Shown here: piece by piece, positions 26,608-43,424 of the stretch
How positions within the stretch are numbered: the stretch's first letter is position 1
Layout: each line of letters begins with the position of its first letter
Assembly (NCBI GenBank): GCA_000004695.1
Contig: CM000153.2
Coordinates: forward strand, 5,216,001-5,280,000
DNA from: Dictyostelium discoideum
Taxonomy: Eukaryota
Direction: 5' to 3'
DNA: 64,000 bases
The notes under the pieces: generated by a model
Told to the model about the DNA's origin: nothing
Database searches by the model: none
The model's input: only the letters and a program-made list of their open reading frames with translations
Position numbers and translations under genes: made by a program

Positions 26608-29032
26608 TATTATTTTGTTGTTGATGTTGTTGTTGTAAATTATTTAAACTATTTATTAATGATTCAATATTTTTTGAAAGTGATAAAAATAATAATAAAT
26701 CTTGAAATGATATTGAAATATGCATTGGATCAACAGCAATTAAAATATCAATTGGTAAATAATCTTTACCTTCAACCATTGAAATGTTTGTAGTGATTGA
26801 TAATGGATCAATGATTGATTCAATGGTTTGATCGAAATTATCTGCTCTACATTTGAAGAGAATAAATTCATCAATACAAAGTTGAATATCTTTATAGGTT
26901 AGAGAATCACTTTTTTGAATGGTAACTTTACCAAATAGTGAACCTCTTGCAATGAGTAATCTACTTTCACGAGTAGCAGGATTATCAACAAATGATAGAT
27001 CTATATTCGATGTCTCTATATGTACCACAGTATTTGTAGTCATTCTTTTCTTATTCTTTTCTTCCAACATTGCTTTAACTGTCGATTTCAAAGGATCCCT
27101 TCCAAATAAATGTGGATTATTATTCATGGTATCTACATTTAACACTGGTGAAGAAACGGGTGAAATCTCTGAAAGTGATGATAAAGCTTTAATTCCTGGC
27201 ATAATGAAATCAATCATTGAAATTAATGATTCCGGTACTATAACACCTCTAAAATGATCCAATATCAATTTAACTTGAGTATCACCACCTCTTTTTTCAA
27301 ATACATAAACTTGTAATTCTTTTTTCATTTCTTTTTTTTCCTTTTCATCTTTTGATAGTGGTGGTGATAAACCACTACCATCTGCTGATTGTTGATTCTT
27401 TTCCTTTGAATGATGAATAATACGACGAAAATGATTTACTGTTGATTTTCTTGTATCAGTTAAATCGATAGAACCCAATGAAAAATTTGAATATTCATTA
27501 CCATTATCATATTCAATTAAAGAACATTCGAATTCATCAATTTCAAATGAAACTACAGATTCTTTATTCTTTCTAAAGAATTCTAAAGAAATATGAGGTA
27601 AATGAAATGTAATTTGATCTTTAATTGAATCCAATGATTTAATTATTTGTTGTTGTTGTTGTTGTGATGATGATGGTGGTGGTGGTGGTGGTGGTGAAGA
27701 AGAAGAAGAAGATGATGATGATTTATGATCATGTAAACTTTCTAAAATTGGAGTTGGTAATGGTAATCCAATTGGAACATCTACACTTTTAAAATCTTGA
27801 TTTGAAGAAGCAACATTTAAAAAGTTTTGATAAAGATTATCAAGATTAAGCTGACTTTCAATTCTTCTATGATTTCTCTTCTTTCTTTTCTTTTGTTTAA
27901 TAGTTGGTTCAATCAATGATTTAATGATTGCAATAGTTAATGAATATTGTTGATCCGATATCTTTAGATTAATTGGTGATATCTCTCCATCAACTTTTTG
28001 TTTTGGTTCATCTAATTGATCTTCTTCTAATAGTGATGGATTTAAAAATGATTCAATATTAACATGAACATTGATCTTATTTGAAATTGGTTCAATTGTT
28101 GATTCTAAAACTTTACCATTTTGAAATTTACATGCATGAAAATTGACTGACGATGCATAAACAAATACTTGTTCAGATGATAAAATTGTATTATCACCAC
28201 CATTACTATTTGTTAAATTTGATTTATATTTATTAAATACAGAGATATGACCTAAATCTGCAATGATTACATATGGTGAATAATGATTCTTTGGAAAGAT
28301 TATACGTGGTGTGTTAACATCAACTTCAAAGAGTATACGTTTCTGTTGATTTATACGACGAGTTGACATAATTTCTACAGCTCCTTTTGCACTATCAGCC
28401 AATATTTGATCGATTTGATTTGGTGCAAACTCTTCGAAATAATCGATTATTCTATCAATTAATGATCTTACAACTATTAATTTAACAGAACTCATTCTAA
28501 CACCAATCTTTGTATCGAAAATTTCATTTTCATCTTGAAGTATACTAGTTGAATCTTTTAATGGAGATGAAGGTGGTTTCTCTTTTACTTTTTCAAATAG
28601 AGTAGTTGAAATGGTTTCTTTTGTTTCATTATCCAATGTAATTTTTGCAGTTGCTGTTGTTGTAATTGTTTCAAGTGGTTTTGAATTCTTTAATGTGTAA
28701 ACATAAAATTCAATTATATGTTCACCATCTGTACCAAATAATGGATTCAAATCTTTTGAAGCTTCCTTTGAAATATCTGATATTGTTAAATTACCCAATT
28801 TAAATCTCATCATGGATGATTCTAAATCTATATCGAAATTAATTGATAAATCTGATACTGTCAATGCAAAATATGATTGATCATCTTCATTCAAATTAAC
28901 TACCAATGATTTCATCTTTGTTGTTATTATAACAATTGAATTATCTTTATCAATTTTAAATGTTGAATTTTCAAATGCTTTACCTAAATTAATATGTGAC
29001 TGTGATTTTTGTTTTTGAAGTGGTGGTGGTGG

Positions 29033-29098
<66 letters not shown>

Positions 29099-30494
29099 TT
29101 GTGGTATTGATTGTTGATTACTCTCACTTGTTGGTAATGGTTGATTATCTTTATCCTTTTCTAATCTTTTTCTTTTCTCTCTTCTTTTCATTACAGTTTC
29201 AACAATAGTTTTCTCAACAAAATCAACAAGATTCATAATTTTAATTACTAATTTCTTATTGATATTAACAAATAATGTATTGAATGAAACATCAATTTGT
29301 TGAGAAATACCACTATATTGAGGTGAATTTCTTTGAACTGATGATATTGAAATTGAAATTAAATGTTCTTCTCTCTCTATTCCACTACTATTTTCTAATT
29401 CTGATTGTAGTGGTTGTTGATTATTATCAATTGATGAATTTGCTAAATATTTAAAACTTTCATTTTTAAAATCTTGATAAAGATCTTCAATTGATAATTT
29501 CGCTAGAGAAAGTTTAATTGAAGTATCAAAGGTACGCTTTAAAACTTGAGCACTAATATCTGATAATATCATTCTAATGAATGGTTTATCATCTTCAACC
29601 ACTTGTAATGATACGGTTGTTACAGAGAATGATACTTCTAAAATGGTATTATAAATCATTAAAATTGGTAATTGATCTTGAGTATGTTCTAAATCCATTG
29701 ATTCTAATATAAATGATCCTTCTTTCTTTAATTTTGGTTTTTTAGATTTCTTTTTTAATGAATCATCATTACCACTACTCTTTTCTTTATCATCTTGGTC
29801 ATCTTGAGTTGTTTTATCATTTTCATCATCGTTATTATCATCGTCACTATTCACTCCATTGTAATATTCTTCAATATCAACTTCTTGATCATGAATAACT
29901 GTTTCAAAATCAACTCTATCCAAATTACTATTATTGTTTTCATCTTCAGCATTCTTCTTTGAAGAAAAATGAGTTGAAATTTCAGGTGGATCATTTTGAA
30001 GGGTACTGATAATATTTATTAATATCTCTATTGATTTTTGAGATAATAACATATTCAATGAAGGTAAACCACCAAATAATTTCAATTTACTTAATAGTGT
30101 TTGTGATTTGATTATACATTTATAAATTTTGAAATTGATATCAAATTTCTCAACCAATTGAAGTGATTCACCTTGTGATGCAATATAGAATTGAATATTA
30201 TTTAATTTCAATTCAAATAGATCATATAAATACTTTGTAACATTCTCTTCATCATAAACACTATTATCACTAATAATACTTGTATTAACTGATGGTGATT
30301 TAATATCAACACTACAACCTCCATTACTACTTGAGTTATCATCATTAGATGATGGATGTTGGGATTGTTGTTGTTGTTGAGCTTGTTGTTGAGCTTGTTG
30401 TTGTTGTTGGGATTGTTGTTGTTGCTGTTGTTGTTGCTGTTGTTGTTGCTGTGACTGTGGTTGAATTGGAATTTGTTGTTGCTGTTGCTGTTGC

Positions 30495-30561
<67 letters not shown>

Positions 30562-33500
30562 GAATAATTGAAAAATCATTTTTTAAAATTGAAGATATTT
30601 CAATTTCTTCTGATAAAGTATCATCTTTATGAGTTACAACACTTTGTACAGAGAAAGAACCTAAATCTAATACTAATATTGGTGCTGAAGGTATTGTAAA
30701 GCTTTCAGGTATTAATACGTGTGGTGCATTAATATTGATATCTAAATCTATGGACTTATGATTCTCTAGTTCATGTTGAATACGTAATGTGGTTTTATCT
30801 TTAAATATTTTAATTTGATTACGAGCAGCCTCTTCAATCTCCTTTAATGTATCAGAGGGTGCATTTCCAAAGAATTCCAATATAGCATCCATCATTGATT
30901 TATTATAAACAACCTCCAATGGCAATGCTTCTATGAAAATTGAGAAATCTGATTCTGAATTTAATGGATTTTGTTGTAATGTCATTGAAAATAATGGTTG
31001 TTTTTCATCATTTGTATTATTTTCATAATCACCACTACCATCTGATTCTTCTCTTGATTCAGTTGTTCCTTTTGTTGAATATTTGTCATCACCCTCTTCA
31101 CCACCATTATCAACACCACCACTACCACCACTACTACAATCATCTTTACTCTTTTTATCACATGATACTTTTTCAATACTACTTAATGAGCATTTTAAAT
31201 TCTTATCAACATTTAATTTCTTTTCTTTTTCATCCTCTTGTTTAGTTTCTTCTTCCAATCGTTTATCTCTTGATGGTGAAGAAACTGGTGAAGGTGATGA
31301 TGATACTATTGATAGATAGTCCTTATTTATATCCTCTACACCTTCACTATTACTATAGGGTAGAGTTCTTGAAGATGAATTTACAAATGTATTGTTTTTA
31401 ACAACGATAGGTTTCATTAATATTGGAAATTGTGTATCCTTTGTAAAGAAATCACGTACATATATAGTCTCTAATATTGCTTGAACATATAATGATCCAA
31501 CAAATTTATCAACTGCCACAGACATTCTAACCAATTCAATCATTAAATCTGCATTTCCTTTTGATGATGGTGGTGATTTTGAAGAGAAATGAGTAATTGG
31601 TGAATTTGGTGGTTGCAATCTAAATGCAACCGAACCACGATTCATTGTAAAATTAATTCTAGTTTTAACATAATCCTTTGGATAAACTATATTCTTTGAT
31701 TTTTGATGTTCATCATATTCAATGGTTGAATAAAGTTCTCTCTTCTGTTGATCAGTTATATCTAATGTTCCCAATATTGATGAATCTTGATCCTCACTCT
31801 CATCTTGTTGTTGTTGTTGCTGTTTACTTTTATTTGAACTACCCCACCCAAACCATTTAAACCATCCTCCACTATTTTGATCATCTTTTGATTTATTCTT
31901 TTTATGACTAATTGTAGTAATTATTTTATTTTTATTCTTATTTTTATTATCTTGGTCATCATTTTTATTTTCCTCCTTTTTATCTATATTATCTTTATTT
32001 TCATTATCACCCATATTATTATTATTATTTACATTTTTATCACCTGATGATTTCATAATATCTTTACTATCAGTACTATTTGATGATGACGATGATGAAG
32101 TTGTTGTTGAAGTTGTTGAGGTTGTTGAACTATTATTATTATTACTGCTACTGCCACTACTACTATCATTATTATTATTTTTATTTGAAGAAATGATTTT
32201 TGGTGATATATTTGATTGTTGTTGTTGTTGTTGTTGTTGTTGTTTTTGTTGTTGTTGATGATTATCTTCAGCTTTTAGTTGAGCATCAGCTAACGATCTA
32301 AAATAAACTAAATCTTCAAAACTATATTCTTTTTCTAGACTATTTAATTTTGTAGTATTTAAATCTGAAAGTGTCTTTTTTCTCTTTTTCAATTTATATA
32401 GATGAATGTAATCCAATCTATCTTTTCTACGCTTATCAAAGAATTGTGGTGTCCATTTTCTAATTTTATCTCTAACATCTGCCAAAATACATTTACCTGC
32501 AAACTCCCAACGATCCTTTGCCGTCTTTAATACACCACCAGATTCTTTAGTTTTGAATTTTCTATATCTTTCACCTTTCTTTTGTGTTGTAAACCAATCA
32601 ACTAATGCTAATATACCAGAGTATTGTTTTGATTCCAACTCTAAATTAATTTCATCAAATTCAAAATTTGCTGTATACAATGGAATATATTTATTTGGTA
32701 TTATTGATTTATTTATTAATAACTATTTTTAATTAATTAATTAATAGAAAAGAATGAGAAATATTATTAGTAAATAAAAAATCAATTAAATATATTCTTT
32801 TTTTTTCACTAATACTTACTTTTAATGAACCACAAACTGGATGTAGTAAATAATTATGTTGTGGTTTTATTAATTGAGTTTCTTTTGGTGGTGGTGATAT
32901 TGGTGGTGTTGTAGTAGTAGTGGATGGTGATGATTTCTTTGGTATTAATTTTGTCATTAAAGATTTAAATTCAGAGATTGATTTATAATTTAAATCTGGT
33001 TTATCATTATCAGCATCCCAATAGATTGATAGATTTTGAAGTGTAATTAATTTATGTACCAATGTATGTGGTGTATGTATGAATGATGGTTTCCATTCTT
33101 CATTGGATGATTGTGCCAATAGATGTTCCAATGTTACACCAAAACAATAGGGTGTTGTCGGATTGGTTACACTATCTTCAAATCTTATATGTACATTGTA
33201 GATCATAATTTGTAAATTATCAACTATCTTATTTCTTAATTTCTCTGCAAATGATGATGAATCAATTAAACCACCTGATTGTGAATCATTTTCATTACCT
33301 TGATTATCAACTAAAGTTTTATAAACATCATCTTCATCTTCCATTTCATAATCATCTTCTTCATCATCATCATCATCATCATCATCACTTAAATCATCCT
33401 CTTCATCATGATCATCTTGTTCTTCCTCATTATCATAATCACCTTCAGTTGCTTCTTGAAATTCATCATCATCATCTACATCCATATCTGTATCATCAGA

Positions 33501-34239
33501 TTTATTTGCATCTTTACTTGAATTATCATCATCATCATATAGTGATGATGAAGATGATGATGATGAAGAAGGTATATTTGATTCCGAAACCAAATTACTA
33601 TTGTTGTTATTATTATTATTACTATTTACAGGTGATGCATTTTTTGCATCTTTTTTTCTTTGTCTCAATTGTTGTTTTAATTGGTTTTTAATTTGTTTTT
33701 TTTGTAATCTCTTTTCTTTAATTAAATTATTTCTAATTTCTCGTTTCTCTTTTAATTGTTGTTGTTTCTTTCTTTTCTCTTCTTTTAATGCTTCATAAAT
33801 TTTCAATTTCTTTAATTTCTTTTGAAGTAAAAGATCTTCATCTTCTTCATTCCACTATGTTTATTGAAAAATAAATAAATAAATAAAATAAAGAAAATTT
33901 ATTAATGTATGTATAATTTGAAAAAAAAAAAAAAAAAATTTTAATACTTACAACAGTTGTTGATTTTGGAGAAGCTGTAATGTATAATTGATCGATAACA
34001 ACAATTACAGGTTCAGTTTTTAAATTATTCCAAGGTATTTTAAGTGATAGTTTACCTAAGAAACCCTCTTTAATTGTAAAGGGTAAATTAAATTTCTCTA
34101 ATGCTCTACTTTTTAATTCTAAATTCTCTAATGAAACATTTCCACTCCAAATACTAATATTTAGATTATCAGTGTTTAAAGCTTTAATATACTCTTTTAA
34201 ATATCTAGTCAATAAATTTGATACTATCGATTCAAACAT
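21174..34239 (-). CDS. VPS13-family lipid-transfer protein (chorein-N start MFESIVSNLL, about 4246 aa)
   Basis: join(21174..21376, 21508..32722, 32820..33854, 33952..34239) on the minus strand. Exon 1 is the chorein N domain (MFESIVSNLLTRYLKEYIKALNTDNLNISIWSGNVSLENLELK...PWNNLKTEPVIVVIDQLYI) ending at GTAAGT (33951). Exon 2 starts after the acceptor acatag (33855) and ends at GTAAGT (32819). The giant exon 3 starts after aaaaatag (32723); the track M at 32680 is a TTG. It ends at ...IKLW with GTAAGT at 21507 (phase 1). Exon 4 encodes DLDLSLKPKDDRYLSIQEIKK...TYFVSN*. The exon sum is 12741 nt, divisible by 3. The gene contains poly-Q, poly-N and (TS)n tracts. Confidence 0.8.
25795..25900. repeat. 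perfect hexanucleotide (GAAGTT/AACTTC)n coding repeat, about 17 units, encoding (TS)n in VPS13
   Basis: gaagttgaagtt... on the plus strand. The coding strand reads TSTSTSTS in the VPS13 ORF. Confidence 0.9.
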
Positions 34240-35112
34240 CTCTTTTATTGATAAATTTATCAACTGATATCTGTATGTTTTTTTTTTTTTTTTTTTTTTT
34301 TTAATTTTCTTTAAAAATTAATTATTATTATCATATGTTTTATTAATTTTTTTTTTTTTTTTTATATGTATATTTTATGTGTTATGTTATTAATAATTTC
34401 ATTAATTAAAATTGTGTGTGCAAACATTCGTGTTCATAAAGTGGGAAAAAAAAAAATTAATAAAAATTTAAATAAAAAAATAAAAAAAAAATTTTAATAA
34501 AAAAAAAAAAAAATAAAAAAAAAAAATAAAAGCAATTAAATTGCGGGTTTTATTAAAATTTGAAAACTAAATATTTTTTAAAATCATTTGTTTAATGTTT
34601 TGTTTTAACCTTTTTAAGAAAAAAAATAAATAAATAAAATAAAAAATAATATAAACAGTATCTCTTCAATTTTTGATAAATATTAAAAATAAAAGGAATT
34701 AAATAAAAAATGAACAAAAATAAATGATGCTATCATTTTAATATTATTATAATTATTGTTTTTACTATTATTTTATTTCCATCATTTCTTAGATGTTTAT
34801 TTTTATGAGTCCCAAAAGATATTTTTTTTGACATCTGAGAACTTTTCTAAATACTGATGATTTAATTTGAAACTAAAAAAAAATAAATAAAAAAAATAAA
34901 AAATATCTTATTTCTAGTAAAAAAAAAAAAATATCTTATATTTTTTTTTTTTTTTTTAATCCCTGGTAAACCAAAATATCTTTGGGAAATTTTTATTTTA
35001 TTTTTATTTTATTTTTTTTATTTTTTTATTTTTTTTTAAATTCGCTGTTTTTTTTTTTTTTTTTTTTTAAATTTCTTTTTCATTCCCAATCAACTTCAAA
35101 AAAAAAAAAAAA

Positions 35113-36898
<1,786 letters not shown>

Positions 36899-37841
36899 AT
36901 AAATAAATAATTAAATAATTAAATTATAAAATATATATATATTTTTTTTTTTTTTTAAATTAATCAGGAAAAAAATAAAAAAATAAACAAATAAAAAAAT
37001 AAAAAATAAAAAAAATAAAAAAAAAAAAATTTAAATAAAAAAATTAACACCACAGTAATAATTAATAATAATTTATTTGTTATTTTTTTTTTTTTTTTTT
37101 GATAAGTTAATTATTGAGGAAGGAAAAATTCAAAAACTATTAGATAATTATTATTATTATTTTTTTTTTTTTTTTTTTTTTTTGGGAAATAGAATAAAAA
37201 TAAAAATAATAATTATTAAAAAAATATTTATTAAAACTTCGTGTTGGGTTCTAGATGTTTTTAATTTTCTTTTTTTAAAAAATTCTGAAATGGGATTTTT
37301 GGTAAAAAAAAAAAATTGTTAAATGTCAATAAAACACCATTATATGAATATTGTTAATTATTATTTCAAAAGGAAGGTTTTATTTTTATTTTTTTTTTTA
37401 TTTTTTTTTTTAAAAATGGATATTTATTTTGTTGTGTATAATGATGAATGATAGTGTCATTTTCAATTCAATTTTATTGAAATTTCAAACCATTAAAATG
37501 CTAATTGGACCGAATTGGTATGAATAAAATACAAACCTTTTTTTTTTTTTATTTTAAAAAATGAAAAAAAAAATAAAATAAAAAAATAAAAAAAAACAAA
37601 TTAAACTGTTTTTTTCAAAATATCTATTCAATTTTATTTTAAAAATTTTTTTTAAAAAAAATCCCAACCTCAGCTCTGAGACTTTAAAAAATCCCAACCG
37701 ATAACAATTGTTGAGCGATGAAAAAAAAAAAAAAAATTTCAAAACCCCATCCTACATACAATAAACACCAGGAAATTTTAAATCAATTAATTTAAATTTT
37801 TTAAATTTTATTTTTATTTTTATTTTTATTTTTAATAATTT

Positions 37842-37876
<35 letters not shown>

Positions 37877-38628
37877 CTTATAAAAAAAGATCTATCCATT
37901 TATTTTTTTTTTTTTTTTTTTTTTTTTTATTTATTTTAATTTAATATAACAATTCTTTTTTTTTTTTTTAAAAAAATAATTATTTATTTATTTATATATT
38001 TATTAACCCCACCAATTTAAATTTTTTTTTTTTCATAATTGTAAGTTGTAAAAATAATAATAAAAAAAAAAATTTTATTCGTTAAAGAGTCATATGATTT
38101 TGATTATTTTTAAATTATAATAATCAAAACTAAAAAAAAAAAAAAAAAAAATATCTTAAAATTTTTTTTTTTTTTTTGATTTCTCATAGCATAACCGTGC
38201 CCCAATATTAAAATTCCAAAATGGATTTTTTTTTTTTTTTTTTTTTTGTGGGGGTTGAGTTTTGTTATTATAACAAAAGAAATTTAGATTTTTATCAAAT
38301 AATTTTTTTTTTTTATTTTTATTTTTTTTTTTTTTTACCTACCTAGATATTTTTTTCAAAAATACTTACTCTTTTTTTATTTTTATTTTTATTTTTATTT
38401 TTATTTTTATAAAAAAAAAAAAAAAAGTATTGTAAATACTTTTTTATTTTTTTTTTATTTTTTTTTCCAAAACAATTTAATAAATAGATTTATTGTGTAA
38501 ATAAATAATATATATAATATATATATATATATATAAATAAACATTTTTTTTTTTTTTCTCGATTAAAAAAAAAAAAAATAAAAAAAAAAAAAATAAACAA
38601 TAAATAAAAAAAAAAATAAAATAAAAAA

Positions 38629-41005
38629 ATGAAACATATTGGTAGAATTGTATCATTCCCAATTGGTTTAGTTTTAATCGCAGTTGGTATTATTATTTTT
38701 GTAGTTGTTAATCGTACAATTAAAGATGAATTTAAAAAAGCAGCCGTTGTAATTCCAGATAATGGTGCAGAAGAAATTGTTGATCCATGGGTTCGTTTCA
38801 TTGGAAATGAAGGAGATCCAAACAATGTTAGAACCTATACCTTTATGGCATATAATTTAACCAATCCAATTGAAACCATGCAAGGTCATTTACCAAAATA
38901 TCAAGAAGTTGGTCCATACAGTTACAATTACATCTATGAACGTATCAATGCAAACCTCTATGAAGATGATGAAAAATTAAGTTTCAAACTTTGGAAACGT
39001 TATTTCCCAATTGTTGCTGATGGTTATAGAGATCCAACCAAAGATACTATCTATCATTTCAATTTAGTATATGGTGCTGCCGTTAAACAAGCAGGTAGTG
39101 AAGTTGCACTTTCAGTAGCTTTAACAGCAGCTGCAATGGGTAAAATTATCACTGGTCTCACTGACCCAAGCTTTAAAGTTAAAGCTGGTTTCGCTGCTGC
39201 ACCAACAGTTACTGCTGGAGCTTTTTCAAATCTTTTAACTGCAGCTGGTAATGACCCAGCTACTGCATGTGGACTTTGGCAAACTAGTACTAGTTCCAGT
39301 ACTCCATTAGTTCCATTTTCTGTACCAATTATTGCTGGTAGTCCATCAGATATAAGTCAAGCTCAATGTCAAGCATTATTTGATCCATCAAATAAATTCT
39401 CTTTAACTGATCCAACAAATGTAGGTGTCTACCTTTTAAATCCAGCTGGATCCAAAGCTGCATTATTAGCTTCACCATTTGGTTTAACTAGTAAGTATAT
39501 TTATAATTAGTAATAAAATATATTTTATATATTATATATATAAATATAGTTTTATTTATTAAAATATTAATTTTTTTATTTTAAATTTAAAAACTAAAGG
39601 TGTTCAAGCTGATTTAATTATGAAATATCAATTAGCATTAACATCAACTTTTGTACCAACAACTCTTGTTTCTAGATTTGCTGAATGCTCTGATCCAAAA
39701 ACTTGTACTAATAATCCACTTTACTTTGGTCTTTTACAATGGGCTAAAAATCCAAGTCTTCTTGGGCAATCAGTTTTCGCAATTCCAAATTCAGGTGTTC
39801 CAGCAGCACCAGAGTTTGGTATTTATACAAGTAGTGAACTCAGTTTAACAAAAGCAGGATCACTTTTCCTAAATACTTCAACTATTAATCTCATTACACC
39901 AACTAGTATTGGTACAATTTTAGTTTATGGACAAAAACTTAAAGCTGATCCAACATCAATTCCACCAGCCCTCTATGCACCATTCTCAAGTGGAGAGTTT
40001 GATGCAATCGTCAAATATACTGGATATATTATGGCAGCATTTGTAGATGGAGATATTATTAAGAATCAAATTTTCAAAGATTATCAAGGTGGTCCAATCG
40101 TTAAACATACTGTTCACGATTTCCTCTTCAACTCAACCGATCCATTATTGAAATTGATGTATCCAGATACTCCAAGCGCATGGGTATCAAGTCCACTCGA
40201 CAATATTCAAGATGTTAAAGTTGCCAATGCTACTTTACACACTGATGAAATCTATACAGGTGTTGGTGATATTGATTTAGTTTCATCTCCAATCACATTC
40301 GAAGGTGAAGAAGAATTAAACTATAACAAAAAAATTAAAGTTAGTGGTTCATTCGCTGAACAATTACCACCATCATATCTCTCCAAAGATCCAGAAGCAC
40401 CAGTTAATGTCTTTACTGATGAATTTGCAAGATCACTTTCATTCAGAAAGGAAGTTGGTGGTAACTTTGGTGGTATTCCATACTATCGTTATAGAATCAA
40501 TGAATCCAATTGGGAAATTAATCCAGACTATTTCCAAACCATTCCATATCTTTTAAATCTTACAAGCATTAAAAGTGGTGCTCCAGCCTATCTTAGCAGA
40601 CCAAGATTAAAGGGTATCGATGTTGGTTATTATTATAAAGCTGGTATCACCGATTTAATCAATGATGATGAAGATCTCGACGTTTTCGCCGATTATGAAC
40701 CACGTTCTGGTAAAGCTATTCACGGTCGTTACTCACTTCAAGTAAATACCTACATTCAAGGTTCTGATGGAACTAACTCTACTCTCTACAATAAATACTC
40801 TGCTTTCCGTTCTGATGTTGTTCATCCAATGTTTTGGGGTGTCAATATCATCGCAGCCACTCAAGAACAAATTGATATCCTTACCAAAGCCTATAAAGTT
40901 GATTCCTTCCGTTATGCCATCACTGTTATTTTAATTGTTGTTGGTGGTTTCTTATCTTTAATTTCTGGTGGTCTCTTTGTACTTGATAAAATAATCGATT
41001 TGTAA
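38629..41005 (+). CDS. lmpB: CD36/SCARB2 (LIMP-2) family lysosomal integral membrane glycoprotein
   Basis: join(38629..39490, 39600..41005). The intron has GTAAGT at 39491 and ctaaag ending 39599 (phase 1). There is an N-terminal TM helix and then the CD36 motifs (FMAYNLTNPIETMQGHLPKYQEVGPYSY). A C-terminal TM (ITVILIVVGGFLSLISGGLFVL) is followed by a short tail. 755 aa, which matches my recollection of LmpB. The symbol is an inference. Confidence 0.7.
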
Positions 41006-41105
41006 AAAAAAAAATTAATATATTAATAATAAATTCTGTAATTATATAATTTTAAAAATGGGTAATTTATTTTTTTTTTTATTTTTTTATTTTCTTTTTT
41101 TTTAA

Positions 41106-41109
<4 letters not shown>

Positions 41110-41188
<79 letters not shown>
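41110..41188. repeat. (ATT)n microsatellite
   Basis: Perfect att run in the lmpB 3' flank. Confidence 0.9.
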
Positions 41189-41190
<2 letters not shown>

Positions 41191-42335
41191 AATAATACTA
41201 ATTAATATTATTAATATTTTTAATTAATAATATTATTACTACTATTGTTTTTTATTATCATTATTTTTATTATTATTGTTTTTAATATTAATATCAATAT
41301 TAATAATTATTTATTATAACTATTACTATTATTATTTTTTTTATCATTGTTTTTATTATTATTGTTATTATTATTTTATTTTTTAATATAATATAATATT
41401 ATATTATATTATATTTTTATTATTATTTTTTTTTTTATTATCACTATTAATAATACTATCAGTTAATTTTATTATTATTATTTTTTATTATTATTATTTT
41501 TTTTTTTAATTTTTTTTTTTTAATTTTTATTATTATTAATTTAAGATTTTTAAACTTTTTTTTTTTTTTATTCATTTTACCTTTTTAAAAAGAAACATAT
41601 TTATTTTAATTATGAATCATTTTTGGCTTGTTTTTTTTTTTTTTTTTTTTTTTAAATATACATATAAATAAATAAAATAAAGGTAAATAAAATAAAAGGT
41701 AAAATAAAATAAAAGGTAAATAAAAAAAAAATTAAAAAAATTAAAAAATTAAAAAAATAAAAATAAAAGGTAAAAATAAAATAATCAAAATCAATATTAA
41801 AATAAATATTTAGTGATTTTCTATTAAAAAACAACAAATTATTTTTTTAATTGCATCAAAAAATTTCTTTTTGGATTTATGATTGCGAGAATATACATTC
41901 ACTAACAAATTATTTATCCAAAAAAAGGAATTCATTGCGACATACTAAAAAAAAGTCCTTTAAAATGACACGCTTAATTCCAAATTTATAAAAATATTTT
42001 ATGAAAAAAAAAGTGAAAAAAAAAAAAAAAGTTGATATTAAAAAATTAACCGAAAAAATAAAAAACGAATTTTTAAATAATTATTATTATTTTTTTTTTT
42101 TTTATGGATAAAACTATTGGATGTATAAGTTTTTATTAAATATTTGAGTATCGGAAAATAGGGCATTATTTTTTTTTTTTTTTTTTTTTTTTTTTTGGTT
42201 TTTTTTTTTTTTTTTCTTGGTAAATAAATTTTTTTTTTTTGGAAAATTGGTTGTTATGAGATTAAACGATATTTCAGTTCAAAAAGTTAACAACATTCAT
42301 AAAGTGCACCTTGAAAGGATTTAATAAACAATATT

Positions 42336-43384
42336 TCAGTTTAATAAATTAACAACATTCATAGATGTGCTTGGGGGACTTGAGGTAGTTTCAACTTTAC
42401 TTAATTGAATTTCTTTTTTCATCAATTTTGCATAATGAAGTCCACATGCATTACATAATGATTTACCTCCGGCTGGACCTTTTCTCCATTCTGGTGTTTG
42501 AGTCGTACCACAAGATGTACAAAATAAGGTATCAGCCTTCTTTTTAACCTTTTCAACAGGTGGTTCGGTCACATTTGGCTTCTTCTTCTTTCTAAATCTT
42601 CTTGGTCTTGTTAATGGTGGGCTATGGAAAGAGAAAAAAAAAAAAAAAAAAAAAAAGATATTAGTAAATTGGTTTGATTGAAAAAAATAAAATTAAAATA
42701 CATACAATATTCTATTTCTATCATCATCATTATATTTTCTTTCTAATTTCTCTTTTTGGGTAACATTTTCGATCATGTTAATTAAATCAGTACCTTTTTC
42801 TTTGATTTCATTTAACATTTCTTCAGTGATACCATTAGTCAAACTTGATTTGGCCATCTTTGAAATAGAACAACTGAGGTCTCTTATCTCGATCCAAGTC
42901 TCTTGTTCATTTGGCATAACACCAAAAAGAGTTGTAGAGGAATTGGTCTTTGGTGTTGAAGGGAATACAAATGCACTATTGGCACCATTAATTAGTGGTT
43001 GAGTAGTTTGAATCTGTGGTTGAGTGGTTGTTGGTGAATTTCTATTATTTTCATTATTATTATTATTATTATTGTTGTTGTTGTTGTTGTTGTTGTTGTT
43101 ATTTTGACCATTATTGTCGAAATTATTGTTAAACTGACCATTATTATTATTATAATTTTGATTACCATTATTACCATTGTTTAAATTATTTTGATTATTA
43201 AAACCATTGTTACCATCTGTAATTTGTAAAATACTTGAATTTGGACTACCAGGAGAGGAAGGGGATGATGAACCAGAGTTGTAGTATTCCTCATTGGTAT
43301 TATAGTTCAATGGTGAATTATTTGGAGATGAACGTGGTGAACTATGTTTAGAGTTATTTGTGGATGAAGATAATCCAGTGTTGC

Positions 43385-43424
<40 letters not shown>

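Noticed and set aside
33251-33798. Plus-strand His/Leu-rich ORFs 33251..33691 and 33601..33798
   Set aside because: They are antisense of the acidic D/E/K-rich segment of VPS13 exon 2.
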